The notes below the pieces were generated by a model. It saw only the letters and a list, made by a program, of their open reading frames with translations, searched no databases and was not told where the DNA came from. Below are positions 19,002 through 30,041 of a stretch of DNA of 46,030 bases, one piece after another. The DNA is taken from NCBI GenBank assembly GCA_947457515.1, contig CANGWC010000003.1, positions 1 through 46,030 of the forward strand, in the 5' to 3' direction. The DNA comes from Silvanigrellaceae bacterium (GTDB lineage Bacteria > Bdellovibrionota_B > Oligoflexia > Silvanigrellales > CANGWC01). Made by a program: the position numbers and the translations under genes. Position 1 is the first letter of the stretch. Each line of letters opens with the position of its first letter.

Positions 19002-20303
19002 ATGGTAAAACTTTTAGGTGAACCTCTCAGAGGTTTTGATGATATATATCCCGAGCGTTGCTCTTCTAGGAATGAATTTAAACGTATTATTGGAAACGTT
19101 TTAAGACTACATGGTTTTCTAGAGTATGATGGTCCAACACTAGAACTCTTAGATCTCTATACTGATAAAACCAGTGCAGATATTGTTTCTCAACAAATTT
19201 ATTCTTTTCATGATCGTAAACAAAGACAAGTGGCGTTACGTCCAGAAATGACTCCAACTCTTGCTCGTATGGTATCTTCTCAATTTGAAAGTTTACCTAA
19301 GCCCATTCGTTGGTTTAGTTTTCCTTTATGTTACAGATATGAAAGACCCCAAAGAGGCAGAAAAAGAGAGTTCTTACAACTCAATGTGGATAGTATTGCC
19401 GGGGATGCTTTATTAGAAGATCTGCATGTCATCATTGCTTTGATTGAAATTATAAAAGCTTTGATTCTAAATAATGAACCTTTAGAGGTTAAACTTTCTT
19501 TAAATCATCGAGGTTTTATTGAGGAAATGCTTCAAAACGAATTCGCTGTTAAAGAAACAGCTTCTGTTCTTCAACTTATGGATCGAAAAGATAAGTTACC
19601 ACCAGAAACTTTTTGGAAAGAAATTTCTCCTTTAATCCCTAAAATAGATGACTTCAAAAATAAGATAGGAAATTCTTTTCAAGATCTTGATTTAGAAAAA
19701 TATTCGAGTTGGAAGCATCTTTGCCAAGTCCAAAAAATACTGAAAGATCTCTACCCTCAAATCGCGATAGAATTTAATCCATTTATTGTTAGGGGTTTTG
19801 ATTACTATACAGGAATTGTTTTTGAACTCTTTGATCAGCATCCAGAAAACAGAAGAGCTTTAGCCGGAGGGGGTAGATACGATAATCTTCTCAGTCATTT
19901 CTCTGAAGATAACAAAGCTTCAGGAATAGGTTTAGGATTAGGAGAGGAAGGCATTGATAACTTTCTAGAAGTGAGAAAGAAATCCTTAGTTCCTCAATTA
20001 AAACCTTTTTTTGTCATGCTTGTTTTTCCCCAAGATGAAGTGACTTCTTATTTTGAGTTAGCGAATTCACTTAGGCAAAAAGGTCTATCTATTATGTTCT
20101 CTCCAGGAGCTACAAAAATAGGTAAACAAATTCAATGGAGTGAAAAGCTGGGTGCTACAGGAGTTATCTTTTTTGGTCAAGACGAAAGAAATAATCGTCA
20201 ATTTTCCGTTAGATTACTGAAAGCGGGAACGCAAACCGACTACTCTATAAATAATAATTTCGAGCAGTTTTTTTTAGATATAAAGGATCTGCTTATAAAT
20301 TGA
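19002..20303 (+). CDS. hisS: Histidine--tRNA ligase
   Basis: LRPEMTP, RYERPQRGRKREF, RGFDYYTG, GGGRYDNL. Confidence 0.95.
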   Translation: MVKLLGEPLRGFDDIYPERCSSRNEFKRIIGNVLRLHGFLEYDGPTLELLDLYTDKTSADIVSQQIYSFHDRKQRQVALRPEMTPTLARMVSSQFESLPKPIRWFSFPLCYRYERPQRGRKREFLQLNVDSIAGDALLEDLHVIIALIEIIKALILNNEPLEVKLSLNHRGFIEEMLQNEFAVKETASVLQLMDRKDKLPPETFWKEISPLIPKIDDFKNKIGNSFQDLDLEKYSSWKHLCQVQKILKDLYPQIAIEFNPFIVRGFDYYTGIVFELFDQHPENRRALAGGGRYDNLLSHFSEDNKASGIGLGLGEEGIDNFLEVRKKSLVPQLKPFFVMLVFPQDEVTSYFELANSLRQKGLSIMFSPGATKIGKQIQWSEKLGATGVIFFGQDERNNRQFSVRLLKAGTQTDYSINNNFEQFFLDIKDLLIN

Positions 20304-20330
20304 TATCAACTTTATAGGAGGACATTTTAT

Positions 20331-22700
20331 ATGTTCAAAAAGTCTATTTCACTAATTCCATTAGTGTTTTTCTGTTTTTGTGGTAAGAAAACATCAGATA
20401 CTACTGATACTACTACGACATCAGGAAGCACGAGCGTTGTTCTTTCAGGAGCTTTAAACATAGCTTCTTCAGCAACAACATTAAATCAATTGACTGATTA
20501 CACAACATACAGTGTTTCTTGTATTACTTTTAAAGATACAGATCCTGATACTTGTGTTGCTACCATAGATTCCACAGGTGCATTCTCTAAGCCTTGTGAC
20601 AAATTCGCTGGTCAATCTTTTGGATGTTTCTTAAGAAAAGGAACAAAAGTTGTTGGAGATCTTGTTTTTGATAGCAGTACTGCTCTAACTGCTGGTGCAG
20701 GTGAACTTCACATGCAGGTGAATCTTGATGCAGATACAGGTCTTGTTTCAGCTAAAATAGATAAAACAAAGACAACATCTCTTACCGGTGATGAAGCTGC
20801 TAAAGCTGCTGCAGGAACAACAGGTTCTACTGCTCCTACAAAAACAGCTTTTGGTAAATCTATCTCTGGCGTTTGGGGTATCCAACAAAATGACAAAGGT
20901 GAACTAACAAAAGAAGCAAAAGCTGCTAACGCTGAATCAGAGGAAGATAATAATAGAGCTCCAGAATCAATCTATTTTAATCAATTTGATTATAATGGAA
21001 AAACCACAGCATCTATTTGGTCTAGTGAAGCTGCTTTTAAAAAGTGTGTTAATAATAATGACGAAGTTGCTGGAGTTAATCTAGGCTTTACAATAAATGG
21101 CGTTAATATTCCATTTAAAGCATCTACATTAGATGAATTCAATGCTATGATGGATGCCGTTTTTGGTCAGCTACCAGCGACTGTACAAGCAAATATCATA
21201 ACATTTGCTAAGTCCCAAAATGCTGCAATTAATTGTGAAGCTGCAGCTAAGAATCTAAAATCTATAGATTCTGTGATCACTGATGCTAACGTTTATTTCT
21301 TTGAACAAAAATGTACAGAGACTAAGTTTGTAGATCCTGCTTCTGGTGAAACAAAATCTCGTTTCATTTGTTCACTGTCAAAAGATGATATGAAAAAAGG
21401 TGACTTGCCAACCTTTACTGCAACCGTAACATCTTCCGATGATTGCGTTGATCCTAAAACTTTTGTTCCTGGTGCAGTAAATAATAAACCAGTTTGTACA
21501 AACCCAGGTGATACGAAACTGATTTCCTATAAAGGACCTAACGGTCAAAATCTTATGATAGGACATCCAAACGTAAACGCTCAAAATAATGACCCAAATT
21601 CGCTTAATTATGTCATTCAGCCTGCTCCTGCAGCGACAAAAGCAGCATCTATTACTGCAATAAAAGCAAGATTTAATGGTGGAAATCAAGGCCCACAAGG
21701 TGGATCTTGTAAATCTATTACAACCGGTGCTTTTGCGGGTCTTTACGAAAACTCTCGTGATGATATCCGTCGCGGTATTTCAGAAATGTTAAACGGTCTT
21801 TCTGACTCTGATAACGGTGGATCTGACGGGTATTGCCGAAATTACGCTCCTTTAACAAGTTTCTCACAATGCGCAGGCACTAAAGATAAACCAAGTGCAT
21901 GTTATGCTATTGAACAACTTTCTCGTTTAGGTCTCATGTTATCATCAGATAATTCTAAAATTGTTTCCTCAGCATCTGTTGACGCAAACACTAATTGGAA
22001 TATGATGTATGACCAAAAAACAGTTAAAAATCTCTGTCCTGTAGTTTATGCTTCTATGCAACCAGCAACTACAACTGCAGCAACAACTACAGCTAATACT
22101 GCTCCTGTTCCTTTCACAAATGCACAGTACATTGGCTTTTATAACTCTTGTCGTACAGAGTTTTTAGCTAAGCCTGCTGCTGATCAAATTAAGATGTTAG
22201 AGTTCTTCTCTTACAGACCTGTTGGTGCTTACTTACTCTGTTCTGCAGAGACAGGTGCAGCAGCTTTAGCTCTTTTAAAACCTATTTTTGACAAGAGCTG
22301 CTTTCCTAGAGTGAATAACAATAGTTTTTGTGATGCTAATGGCACATGCCAAAATACAATATCCTGTGAAGGCTCACCTCTAGAATCTGGTGCTTGTACC
22401 GATTCTAAAGGTCTTTTTGTAGGTCAATTACCTGGTAGATATGAGTCCGGTAATATGGAACTTCTATTTAATAATGGATTTGGAATTTCATCGGTAAGTC
22501 AAAATTCTCGTTATCGATATATTAATAATAAAAATACACTTTGTAAGGAATTAAGAAGTTTTGTTCTTAAAGGCACACGTATCAGCGATGATAAATTTAA
22601 TGCAACTCTTACAATGGGTGAAAAAGATACATGTAATACGAATACAACAGAAGGTGATAGCGGATCTCAGACAATGGATCTCATCTTCACTAGAAAATAA
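20331..22700 (+). CDS. Large Cys-rich hypothetical lipoprotein with Thr/Ala-rich linkers
   Basis: 789-aa ORF, AGGAGG RBS, signal ending FCFC-GKK, DTTDTTTTS tether, numerous spaced Cys. Confidence 0.8.
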   Translation: MFKKSISLIPLVFFCFCGKKTSDTTDTTTTSGSTSVVLSGALNIASSATTLNQLTDYTTYSVSCITFKDTDPDTCVATIDSTGAFSKPCDKFAGQSFGCFLRKGTKVVGDLVFDSSTALTAGAGELHMQVNLDADTGLVSAKIDKTKTTSLTGDEAAKAAAGTTGSTAPTKTAFGKSISGVWGIQQNDKGELTKEAKAANAESEEDNNRAPESIYFNQFDYNGKTTASIWSSEAAFKKCVNNNDEVAGVNLGFTINGVNIPFKASTLDEFNAMMDAVFGQLPATVQANIITFAKSQNAAINCEAAAKNLKSIDSVITDANVYFFEQKCTETKFVDPASGETKSRFICSLSKDDMKKGDLPTFTATVTSSDDCVDPKTFVPGAVNNKPVCTNPGDTKLISYKGPNGQNLMIGHPNVNAQNNDPNSLNYVIQPAPAATKAASITAIKARFNGGNQGPQGGSCKSITTGAFAGLYENSRDDIRRGISEMLNGLSDSDNGGSDGYCRNYAPLTSFSQCAGTKDKPSACYAIEQLSRLGLMLSSDNSKIVSSASVDANTNWNMMYDQKTVKNLCPVVYASMQPATTTAATTTANTAPVPFTNAQYIGFYNSCRTEFLAKPAADQIKMLEFFSYRPVGAYLLCSAETGAAALALLKPIFDKSCFPRVNNNSFCDANGTCQNTISCEGSPLESGACTDSKGLFVGQLPGRYESGNMELLFNNGFGISSVSQNSRYRYINNKNTLCKELRSFVLKGTRISDDKFNATLTMGEKDTCNTNTTEGDSGSQTMDLIFTRK

Positions 22701-22762
22701 TTTAGCCTAGAGCTTTATTTCTTTACTTTATCAATATAACATCCAATTTTTAGGGGTGTTAA

Positions 22763-24724
22763 ATGGTAAAACTAGAGAATATTTTTTGGGAGAATCAGCC
22801 CATCCTTCAAGAGATGGGCTATAATCTTCGATGGGCCTGGGACTCCAGACTTAAGGAGTTCTTTCGCAGTATCAATCCTGCTATTTGGGATGAATACTCT
22901 CATCCTCTTTCAGTGCTTCATTTCACTCCACTGGATAAAATCCTTCCAAGATGTGCTGAATATCAAAAAATATCAGGATATGATCCACTCAAAAAGAAAG
23001 CTCCTGCTCATGTTGCTTATTTTTGTGCTGAGTATGGGTTTCACGAGACCTTACCTATCTATTCCGGTGGTTTAGGTATTCTTGCTGCTGATCACTGTAA
23101 AGAAGCTTCTGATCTAGATATTCCTCTTGTCGCAGTGGGTCTTTTTTATAAGCAAGGATTTTTCTCTCAGACAATTAATAAGAAGGGTAAACAGGAACAC
23201 GGTTACCAAACTTTGATGTCTCCCATGACTCCTCTTCGTCGTGTTATCGATCCCAAAACTTCCCAACCTCTAGTGATTTCTATTCAATTAGGACAAGAAA
23301 CAATTCACGCACAAGTTTGGAATCTTCTTGTAGGAAATAGAGATCTTTTCTTATTAGATACAGATATTGATCTGAATATTCTAAAATACCGATACATCTC
23401 TAGACATCTTTATGTCTCTGGAAGAGAAAATAGACTCCTTCAAGAGATTGTTTTGGGGATAGGTGGGATCAGAGCCTTGGAAGCATTAGGTATCGCTCCT
23501 AAGGTGTATCATCTGAATGAAGGTCACTCCGCCTTTCTACTGATCCAAAGAATGATGGATCTCGTCAAAAAGAATAAAACATTTGCTGAGGCTGTAGAAA
23601 TCATCCATGAGTCCAGTGTATTTACGATTCATACTCCTGTTCCTGCTGGAAATGAAAAGTTTCATAAAGATCTTGTCATTCCTTATCTTAAGCTTTTGAT
23701 AGAAGGTTCTTCTCTACCTTTAAATGAAGTGCTTCAAATGGGAACAGTAGATGGGGATAATGATTTCTTTGATATGACAGCTTTCTGTTTAAGACTCTGT
23801 CATAAATCTAATGGAGTGAGCCAACTTCATGGAGTGACAGCCCATGACACATGGTCACAAGTAGCAAGAAACCCACTTATGGGAATTACCAATGGAGTGC
23901 ATCAACCATCATGGAAAGCATTGTCGGAAGATGGAGATGACGCTTTTTTATGGGCACACCATCAATCTCTTAAACAAGATCTTTTTCAGTTTGCACAAAA
24001 AAGAATTATCATTGAACAACTCAGAAATGGTTTAGATCTTCCTTTACATAAAAAAGGTGATGTTACCTTAAAACTTCATAATCCAGAGACATTTGTCATT
24101 GGATTTGCGAGAAGATTTGCCGCTTATAAAAGAGCAAATCTTATTTTTAATGATCCTATTCGTCTTAAAAAAATTCTCACAGAGCATAATGTGATTTTAC
24201 TTTTTGCAGGTAAAGCGCATCCAGCAGATGAATCTGGTCAAAGCATTATAGCTGAAATTCATTCTCTCATTCATAAATTAGACTTGGGTGATCATGTTTA
24301 CTTTATTGAAAACTATGACATTGCTTTAGGCCGTGCACTCGTTCAAGGATCTGATGTTTGGTTAAATAATCCTCTTCGTCCATTAGAAGCTTCAGGAACC
24401 AGTGGTATAAAAGCTGCTATAAATGGAGTTCTCAATATTTCTACTTTAGATGGTTGGTGGGATGAAGCCTACGAGAAAGAATGTGGATGGGCTATCGGTG
24501 GTACTGATGTAGACAGTAACCAAGATCATCAGCTCAAGAAAGATGCTGATTCCCTCTATCATCTTTTAGAAACAGATATTATTCCAACCTATCGAAAGAA
24601 AGATAAGAATGGATTACCTACAGAATGGATTTCTAAAATGAGAAAATCTATTAAGATGGGTACAGAACAGTTCTCTACAGAAAGAATGCTTAAAGAGTAT
24701 AAATCTAAGCTTTACGGCCTATAA
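22763..24724 (+). CDS. glgP: Alpha-glucan (glycogen/maltodextrin) phosphorylase
   Basis: YSGGLGILAAD, HLNEGHSAF, ARRFAAYKRA, GKAHPAD, EASGTSGIK PLP motif, LDGWW. Confidence 0.93.
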   Translation: MVKLENIFWENQPILQEMGYNLRWAWDSRLKEFFRSINPAIWDEYSHPLSVLHFTPLDKILPRCAEYQKISGYDPLKKKAPAHVAYFCAEYGFHETLPIYSGGLGILAADHCKEASDLDIPLVAVGLFYKQGFFSQTINKKGKQEHGYQTLMSPMTPLRRVIDPKTSQPLVISIQLGQETIHAQVWNLLVGNRDLFLLDTDIDLNILKYRYISRHLYVSGRENRLLQEIVLGIGGIRALEALGIAPKVYHLNEGHSAFLLIQRMMDLVKKNKTFAEAVEIIHESSVFTIHTPVPAGNEKFHKDLVIPYLKLLIEGSSLPLNEVLQMGTVDGDNDFFDMTAFCLRLCHKSNGVSQLHGVTAHDTWSQVARNPLMGITNGVHQPSWKALSEDGDDAFLWAHHQSLKQDLFQFAQKRIIIEQLRNGLDLPLHKKGDVTLKLHNPETFVIGFARRFAAYKRANLIFNDPIRLKKILTEHNVILLFAGKAHPADESGQSIIAEIHSLIHKLDLGDHVYFIENYDIALGRALVQGSDVWLNNPLRPLEASGTSGIKAAINGVLNISTLDGWWDEAYEKECGWAIGGTDVDSNQDHQLKKDADSLYHLLETDIIPTYRKKDKNGLPTEWISKMRKSIKMGTEQFSTERMLKEYKSKLYGL

Positions 24725-26081
24725 AACCATACTGATCTAAAAATCCTGTCGTATGAGTGTCATTTACAAAAACTTCATGATTTAAGACTTCTTGGTGAAA
24801 AGAGATATTAGTTCTGATTCCATCAATAATCAGTTCTCCTAATGCCCATTTCATACGGGCTATAGCCATTGATCGAGACTCAGCCCATACAATGAGCTTA
24901 CCAATCATAGAATCATAGTGGGGAACAACGGTATATCCCTGATAAATAAAACTATCGAAACGAACTCCAAATCCACCAGGACTGGAAAACCCGGTGATCA
25001 TTCCTGGCCAGGGCGCAAATGTTTTAGGACATTCTGCATTGATACGACATTCAATGGAATGTCCTTGTATGGTAATATCCTTTTGTAAGAAGGGAAGTTT
25101 CTCACCTAAAGCCATCAGAATTTGCCAACGTACCAGATCTACTTTTGTGATTTCTTCTGTGACAGGATGTTCCACTTGAATTCTTGTATTCATTTCCATG
25201 AAATAAGCATTATTCTTATCATCTAGGAGAAATTCAACGGTCCCTGCTCCTTGGTATCCCACTTCTTTTGTGAGCTTTAAAGCAAGAACTCCTATTTTCT
25301 CTCGGAGTTTAGGATCAAGTTTCCCACTAGGCGCTTCTTCAATGACTTTTTGATGACGTCTTTGAACACTGCAATCTCTTTCTCCTAAGTGAATTAGATT
25401 TCCGTGTTGATCACCTAAAATTTGAAATTCAATATGTCTTGGATTCTCAATATATTTTTCAATATACACATCAGGATTTCCAAAGGCTGCCCCTGCTTCA
25501 TTTTGGCAAGAAATAAAAGATCTCTCTAAAGAATCAAAATCCCAAACGATCTTCATTCCTCTACCACCACCACCACCACTGGCTTTTAAAATGATAGGGT
25601 AACCAATGGATTCAGCCACAGCTGTTGCTTCTTTAATGTCTTTCACAACGCCTTCTGAGCCTGGAAGTAGAGGAAGACCTGCTTTCTTAGCATAAATCTT
25701 AGAGGAGACTTTATCTCCTAAGCTTTTCATTTGGTGACTGGTGGGTCCAATAAAAATAATCCCACATTTTTCACAGATAGAGGCAAAATCGCTTCTTTCT
25801 GCAAGAAACCCATACCCAGGATGGATCATATCTGCACCTGATATTTCAGCAGCTGCTAAAATACTCGGTATATTTAAATAAGAAGAACTGCTTGGGCTAT
25901 TACCCACACAGATACTTTCATCAGCTAATTTAGCGTGCATACTGTCTTTATCTGCAACAGAGTAAATAGCTACGGTTTTAAGGCCAATTTCTTTACAAGC
26001 ACGAATAATACGAACAGCAATTTCTCCACGATTAGCAATAAGAACTTTGTTTTGAGTTATGGTTTTTTTGAGTGGTGCCAT
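24705..26081 (-). CDS. accC: Acetyl-CoA carboxylase biotin carboxylase
   Basis: LIANRGEIA, HPGYGFLAE, GGGGRGM, RDCSVQRRHQK, EMNTRIQVEH; likely start MAPLKK at 26081. Confidence 0.97.
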   Translation of the reverse strand: MAPLKKTITQNKVLIANRGEIAVRIIRACKEIGLKTVAIYSVADKDSMHAKLADESICVGNSPSSSSYLNIPSILAAAEISGADMIHPGYGFLAERSDFASICEKCGIIFIGPTSHQMKSLGDKVSSKIYAKKAGLPLLPGSEGVVKDIKEATAVAESIGYPIILKASGGGGGRGMKIVWDFDSLERSFISCQNEAGAAFGNPDVYIEKYIENPRHIEFQILGDQHGNLIHLGERDCSVQRRHQKVIEEAPSGKLDPKLREKIGVLALKLTKEVGYQGAGTVEFLLDDKNNAYFMEMNTRIQVEHPVTEEITKVDLVRWQILMALGEKLPFLQKDITIQGHSIECRINAECPKTFAPWPGMITGFSSPGGFGVRFDSFIYQGYTVVPHYDSMIGKLIVWAESRSMAIARMKWALGELIIDGIRTNISFHQEVLNHEVFVNDTHTTGFLDQYGFIGRKA

Positions 26082-26091
26082 AATGTTTAGA

Positions 26092-26565
26092 TTATCCTTT
26101 TGTTTCGATAATAAATAAAGGAGTATCAAATTGAATAGGTTTTCCATTTTCTACAAGAATTGCTTTCACAGTTCCAGAGACTTCGGATTCTATTTCATTC
26201 ATGATTTTCATCGCTTCAATGATACAAAGGACTTTGCCTTTAGATATGGTTTGGCCCACTTCAATAAAATCAGGAGAGTCAGGAGAAGGTGCTTTATAAT
26301 AAGTTCCTACAAAGGGACTCTTAACTAAAATTTCACCGGGTCTTAAGAAGTCATCGGAATCAGAATCTATAGGTTTTTGAGGGGAAGAAGAATCTGTTAC
26401 AGAACTTATCGGCATCATTGTAGGTGAAGGAGCCGCAATGAATTGGGGCGTTCCAGGAAGTTGTCTGGATAAAACAATTTTTTCATTATCTGATTCGATT
26501 TCAATATGAGTGAGGCTATGTTCTGACATGAGCGCAAGAATTTTTTCAATTTTTTCAAAATTCAC
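26092..26565 (-). CDS. accB: Biotin carboxyl carrier protein
   Basis: [20 protein letters not shown] biotinylation motif; GTG start. Confidence 0.97.
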   Translation of the reverse strand: MNFEKIEKILALMSEHSLTHIEIESDNEKIVLSRQLPGTPQFIAAPSPTMMPISSVTDSSSPQKPIDSDSDDFLRPGEILVKSPFVGTYYKAPSPDSPDFIEVGQTISKGKVLCIIEAMKIMNEIESEVSGTVKAILVENGKPIQFDTPLFIIETKG

Positions 26566-26618
26566 AGTGTGTGTTCCTTTCTTACAAGAATACCTTTGAT
26601 GATCGTGAAACCCAAATT

Positions 26619-27191
26619 TTAGGCTCTCTGTACACGTTCCATATAATCACCGGTTCGAGTGTCTACTCTTAAAGTATCTCCTTCTTTAATATGTAAAGGA
26701 ACAGAAACACTGAGTCCTGTTTCCATAATAGCGTGTTTCGAAGCTCCCGTAGCTGTATCTCCTTTAACTGCAGGTTCTGTTTGAGTGACTTTTAACTCAA
26801 CAAATGTTCCTACTTCGACTCCAATAGGCTTATCCTCAAAGAAAAGAATTTTTAAATAAGCTTGCTCTAAAAGATAGAATTTAACATCTTCCACATCTTC
26901 TTCTTGGAGCATAACACTTTCATAGTTTTCAGTGTCCATGAAATGATAGCCTTGAGTATCTTTATAGAGAAATTGAACATTTCGATCTTGAAGATTAGGT
27001 TTGCCAACTTTATCTCCTCTTTTAATGTTTTGTTCGATCACTTGACCTGTTCTTAAATTCTTTGTTTTAAGACGGGTGAAAGCTGCGCCTTTACCTGGAT
27101 TAACGTGTTGAAAATCAACAATGGTTAAAGGCTGACCATTCATTTCTATTTTTAGACCTTTTCTAAATTCTCTTGTATCGTAAACACTCAT
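26619..27191 (-). CDS. efp: Elongation factor P
   Basis: [24 protein letters not shown]; GAGGAG RBS; efp-accB-accC order. Confidence 0.97.
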   Translation of the reverse strand: MSVYDTREFRKGLKIEMNGQPLTIVDFQHVNPGKGAAFTRLKTKNLRTGQVIEQNIKRGDKVGKPNLQDRNVQFLYKDTQGYHFMDTENYESVMLQEEDVEDVKFYLLEQAYLKILFFEDKPIGVEVGTFVELKVTQTEPAVKGDTATGASKHAIMETGLSVSVPLHIKEGDTLRVDTRTGDYMERVQRA

Positions 27192-27235
27192 TTTTTTCTC
27201 CTCATTGAAATTTACTTATATATGTCAAATCAATT

Positions 27236-27266
27236 TTGACAGTGTGCTTAAAATTCATGCTATAAT
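27236..27266 (+). promoter_or_regulatory. Near-consensus sigma70 promoter with extended -10
   Basis: TTGACA (27236-27241), 19 bp, TATAAT (27261-27266) preceded by TGc; 15 bp upstream of ATG 27282. Confidence 0.6.
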
Positions 27267-27281
27267 CAACACATTCATAGG

Positions 27282-28028
27282 ATGATACAGTTTATGGCAA
27301 CAGTTGTTTGGGAACAACAAGCACAAAGACTACAAGATATTAATGCAAGTTTTCTTGATGCTGCACCAATAGTCCAACCTCAATCTATGGGTAAAGGATT
27401 AAAATTTCATTTACCCATATCGTTGTTGCCTAAAGTGAATACCACAATAGGTTCTAAAAGCGAAAAAGTTCCAACATCTCCTATTCATACTATCCCTATT
27501 CTATCTCTTTTTTATGGCCAAGGCGGCTGGTCAGTAGATATTTGGGGAGGGTTTCTTCCCACTGGTGCAGAAAAAATTATGGGTCTTTCCTCTTCTGTGA
27601 CAGAATTTTTGGGCGGGTTAAAAGGAAGTTATTCTTTTGTTTTATCTAATGATATTCAAACAGAATTGTCTTTAGGAGCACAATATTCTCAGGCAGATGT
27701 TGAAGGAGGGATTACAGAAATTGATGCTAAAGATTCTTTTAAAACTCAGTCCACTTTATTTTATTCAGGATTTTCTTTTATTTATTCTCATGTGTGCTGG
27801 GCTTCCCTAAGTTTAGGGATTAAAAAGACTAAAAGTACATTGGATATTCCTTCAGATCAGGCTCATCTCGTAACAACCGATACTTTAAGCGATTCTACTA
27901 TTCCTTTATATACGACTATTATGGCAGGCTTGACCTATAATTCTTGGAAAGTAGGCATAGGAGAACATTATGTTCCTCTCAGATTATGGATGCCTAAAGC
28001 ATTTATCACTTATGAGTATGCATTATGA
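27282..28028 (+). CDS. Hypothetical protein, probable outer-membrane beta-barrel
   Basis: Repeated amphipathic strands with aromatic ends, C-terminus AFITYEYAL; ATGA overlap with next gene. Confidence 0.55.
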   Translation: MIQFMATVVWEQQAQRLQDINASFLDAAPIVQPQSMGKGLKFHLPISLLPKVNTTIGSKSEKVPTSPIHTIPILSLFYGQGGWSVDIWGGFLPTGAEKIMGLSSSVTEFLGGLKGSYSFVLSNDIQTELSLGAQYSQADVEGGITEIDAKDSFKTQSTLFYSGFSFIYSHVCWASLSLGIKKTKSTLDIPSDQAHLVTTDTLSDSTIPLYTTIMAGLTYNSWKVGIGEHYVPLRLWMPKAFITYEYAL

Positions 28029-28384
28029 TTTTATTTATAATTCTTTCGATTCTACAGTCTTGTGGATCTTATGATCTTGGTTCTAGAACTTTCCCCACAA
28101 CTTCAGTAGATGTGCAAAATCCACAATGGGGAGACATTCAAACAATTGTTAAAAATAAATGTGATAACTGCCATGGTGATAACAAATCAGAGTTTGCTCC
28201 TAAAGCAGCTCGTTATTATGGATTTTCTAATGATATTAATACAGTAAAAAATAATGCTTATATTATGTGGTATCGGATTAGCCAGGTACCAAGTAATCCT
28301 ATGCCCACTCGTTATTCCACCCCATTATCTGATCAAGAAAAACAAGGATTAGAAAAATTTCTAACCCAATACTTCACTCCTTAA
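28025..28384 (+). CDS. Monoheme c-type cytochrome lipoprotein
   Basis: Lipobox LQSC, CDNCH heme motif, distal PMP Met ligand, LSDQEK helix. Confidence 0.8.
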   Translation: MILFIILSILQSCGSYDLGSRTFPTTSVDVQNPQWGDIQTIVKNKCDNCHGDNKSEFAPKAARYYGFSNDINTVKNNAYIMWYRISQVPSNPMPTRYSTPLSDQEKQGLEKFLTQYFTP

Positions 28385-28388
28385 ATTT

Positions 28389-29216
28389 ATGACCCTGAAA
28401 AGAACTCAGATCTTTCAAGTTTATTTTGGGATTCTTTTTTTAAGTTTGATTCAATGTCGACAGACAATTCTTGTGACTGATTCAAATATAGCATCCATCA
28501 GTTCAAATCCTTTTTCAAATGCTGCAAATGCTGCAAAAAATAAAACTTCTGTAAATCCATCTAACCAAAAAGGCATTGAAATTAAAGGAATTAAGGCTTG
28601 TGAATATTTTTGGGAAGAAAAACAAGGTTATTGTGATTACACTTTATATGACGCATCTACGAGACAAAATTATCCCAATCCTGATCGAACACAAGATAAA
28701 ACTCTTCAAGGAAGCGGTGTTTTAAAGGCCAATGATATCTGTGATAATGTTCCTAAACTTTTGCCCTGTTTTAAAAAAGCTTGGGCAAATGACACCGATC
28801 ATCATAAAAATCTTGAGAAATTATTTAAAGATAAAAATATCTCACCTATTCAACTTATGTTTGCCTTGGCTTGGCAAGAAACAAGACAGGGGGAAATTCC
28901 TGATCATTGTAGTGGCTCAAGTTGTAATGGAATAGGCTTAAAACAAGTTATCACAGTTGTTTCTGATGATTTCTCTGAAAGTATTAGTGGGAATCAAAAG
29001 CAGTGGCCAGGAATCACTCATAATCTTTTGACTAATTTAAAATATGGACTCAGAATTTTAGATTCTAAGGTAAAAATAGCTTATGCAAAAGGAACACCAT
29101 CTTTAGAATACGTTGCTCAGATTTACAATGGATCTGCTACTCAGTTAGAATATTTAGAACTCGTAAAACAACATTATGAAAAACTCAAAAAGTGTGGAGT
29201 CAACTATGACAACTAA
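28389..29216 (+). CDS. Lytic transglycosylase/lysozyme-like protein, paralog 1 (possible lipoprotein)
   Basis: LAWQET catalytic Glu, GIGLKQV, TNLKYG, YNGS motifs of the SLT/GH23 fold; LIQC signal. Confidence 0.65.
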   Translation: MTLKRTQIFQVYFGILFLSLIQCRQTILVTDSNIASISSNPFSNAANAAKNKTSVNPSNQKGIEIKGIKACEYFWEEKQGYCDYTLYDASTRQNYPNPDRTQDKTLQGSGVLKANDICDNVPKLLPCFKKAWANDTDHHKNLEKLFKDKNISPIQLMFALAWQETRQGEIPDHCSGSSCNGIGLKQVITVVSDDFSESISGNQKQWPGITHNLLTNLKYGLRILDSKVKIAYAKGTPSLEYVAQIYNGSATQLEYLELVKQHYEKLKKCGVNYDN

Positions 29217-30027
29217 ATTGTTATTTTTAATAGGTATTTCTTCAATGGCATATGCAAACTATATTGAAGAAGCTAAGCAAGGTGCTACAGATGCAATCCG
29301 GAGTTTTGCTAAATCTTTAGAAGATGGAGTTGTAAGTTCTACTAAATCTTTAGATCCTAAGCCAGAAGTTAAACAAGATATTAAGCCAGAAGACAAAGGA
29401 ATTTGTGAGTATTATTGGGAAGAGAAACCTAATTATACTGATTATACAACTTATGATCAGTATTTGAGAAAAAGTCATCCTTCTCCTGATAGAGCAGAGA
29501 AGGAGACTCTTCAAGGAAGTGGTGTACTCGATACTGATGATATCTGCGCAAATGTTCCTAGACTCCTTCCATGTTTTAAAAAAGCATGGGCTAATGATGA
29601 AAAACATCATCAAAATCTTAAGCAATGGGCTAAAGAACAATCTTATTCTATTAATAGGGTTATGTTAGCTCTTGCGTGGAGAGAAACGAGAATGGGGCAA
29701 CTGAGAGATAGTTGCGACAACAAAGGAAATTGTAATGGTGTAGGTATGGTACAAGTTATTACAGTTATTGCCGATGATTTTTCAGAGAGTAATGGGGCTA
29801 ATCAAAAGCAGTGGCAAGGAATCACTCATAATCTTCTCACAAACTTGAAGTATGGCTTAAGAGTTTTAAATTCTAAGGTTAACATAGCTAGGAATTTAGG
29901 AAGAGGAACATCTTTAAAACAAATATCTTACTATTATAATGGTTCTGAACACTACGCAGAAGATTACTCAAAAGCAATTGTTCAGTATTACGAAAAATTA
30001 GGTAAATGTGGAGTCTCTTTTGATTAG
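29206..30027 (+). CDS. Lytic transglycosylase/lysozyme-like protein, paralog 2 (secreted)
   Basis: LAWRET, GVGMVQV, TNLKYG, YYNGS; start MTTKLL at 29206 with GGAG RBS and AYA signal site. Confidence 0.65.
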   Translation: MTTKLLFLIGISSMAYANYIEEAKQGATDAIRSFAKSLEDGVVSSTKSLDPKPEVKQDIKPEDKGICEYYWEEKPNYTDYTTYDQYLRKSHPSPDRAEKETLQGSGVLDTDDICANVPRLLPCFKKAWANDEKHHQNLKQWAKEQSYSINRVMLALAWRETRMGQLRDSCDNKGNCNGVGMVQVITVIADDFSESNGANQKQWQGITHNLLTNLKYGLRVLNSKVNIARNLGRGTSLKQISYYYNGSEHYAEDYSKAIVQYYEKLGKCGVSFD

Positions 30028-30041
30028 TTTGATAACCTGTC

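Noticed and set aside
20331-22700. Multiheme cytochrome interpretation of the Cys-rich lipoprotein
   Set aside because: No CxxCH motifs present
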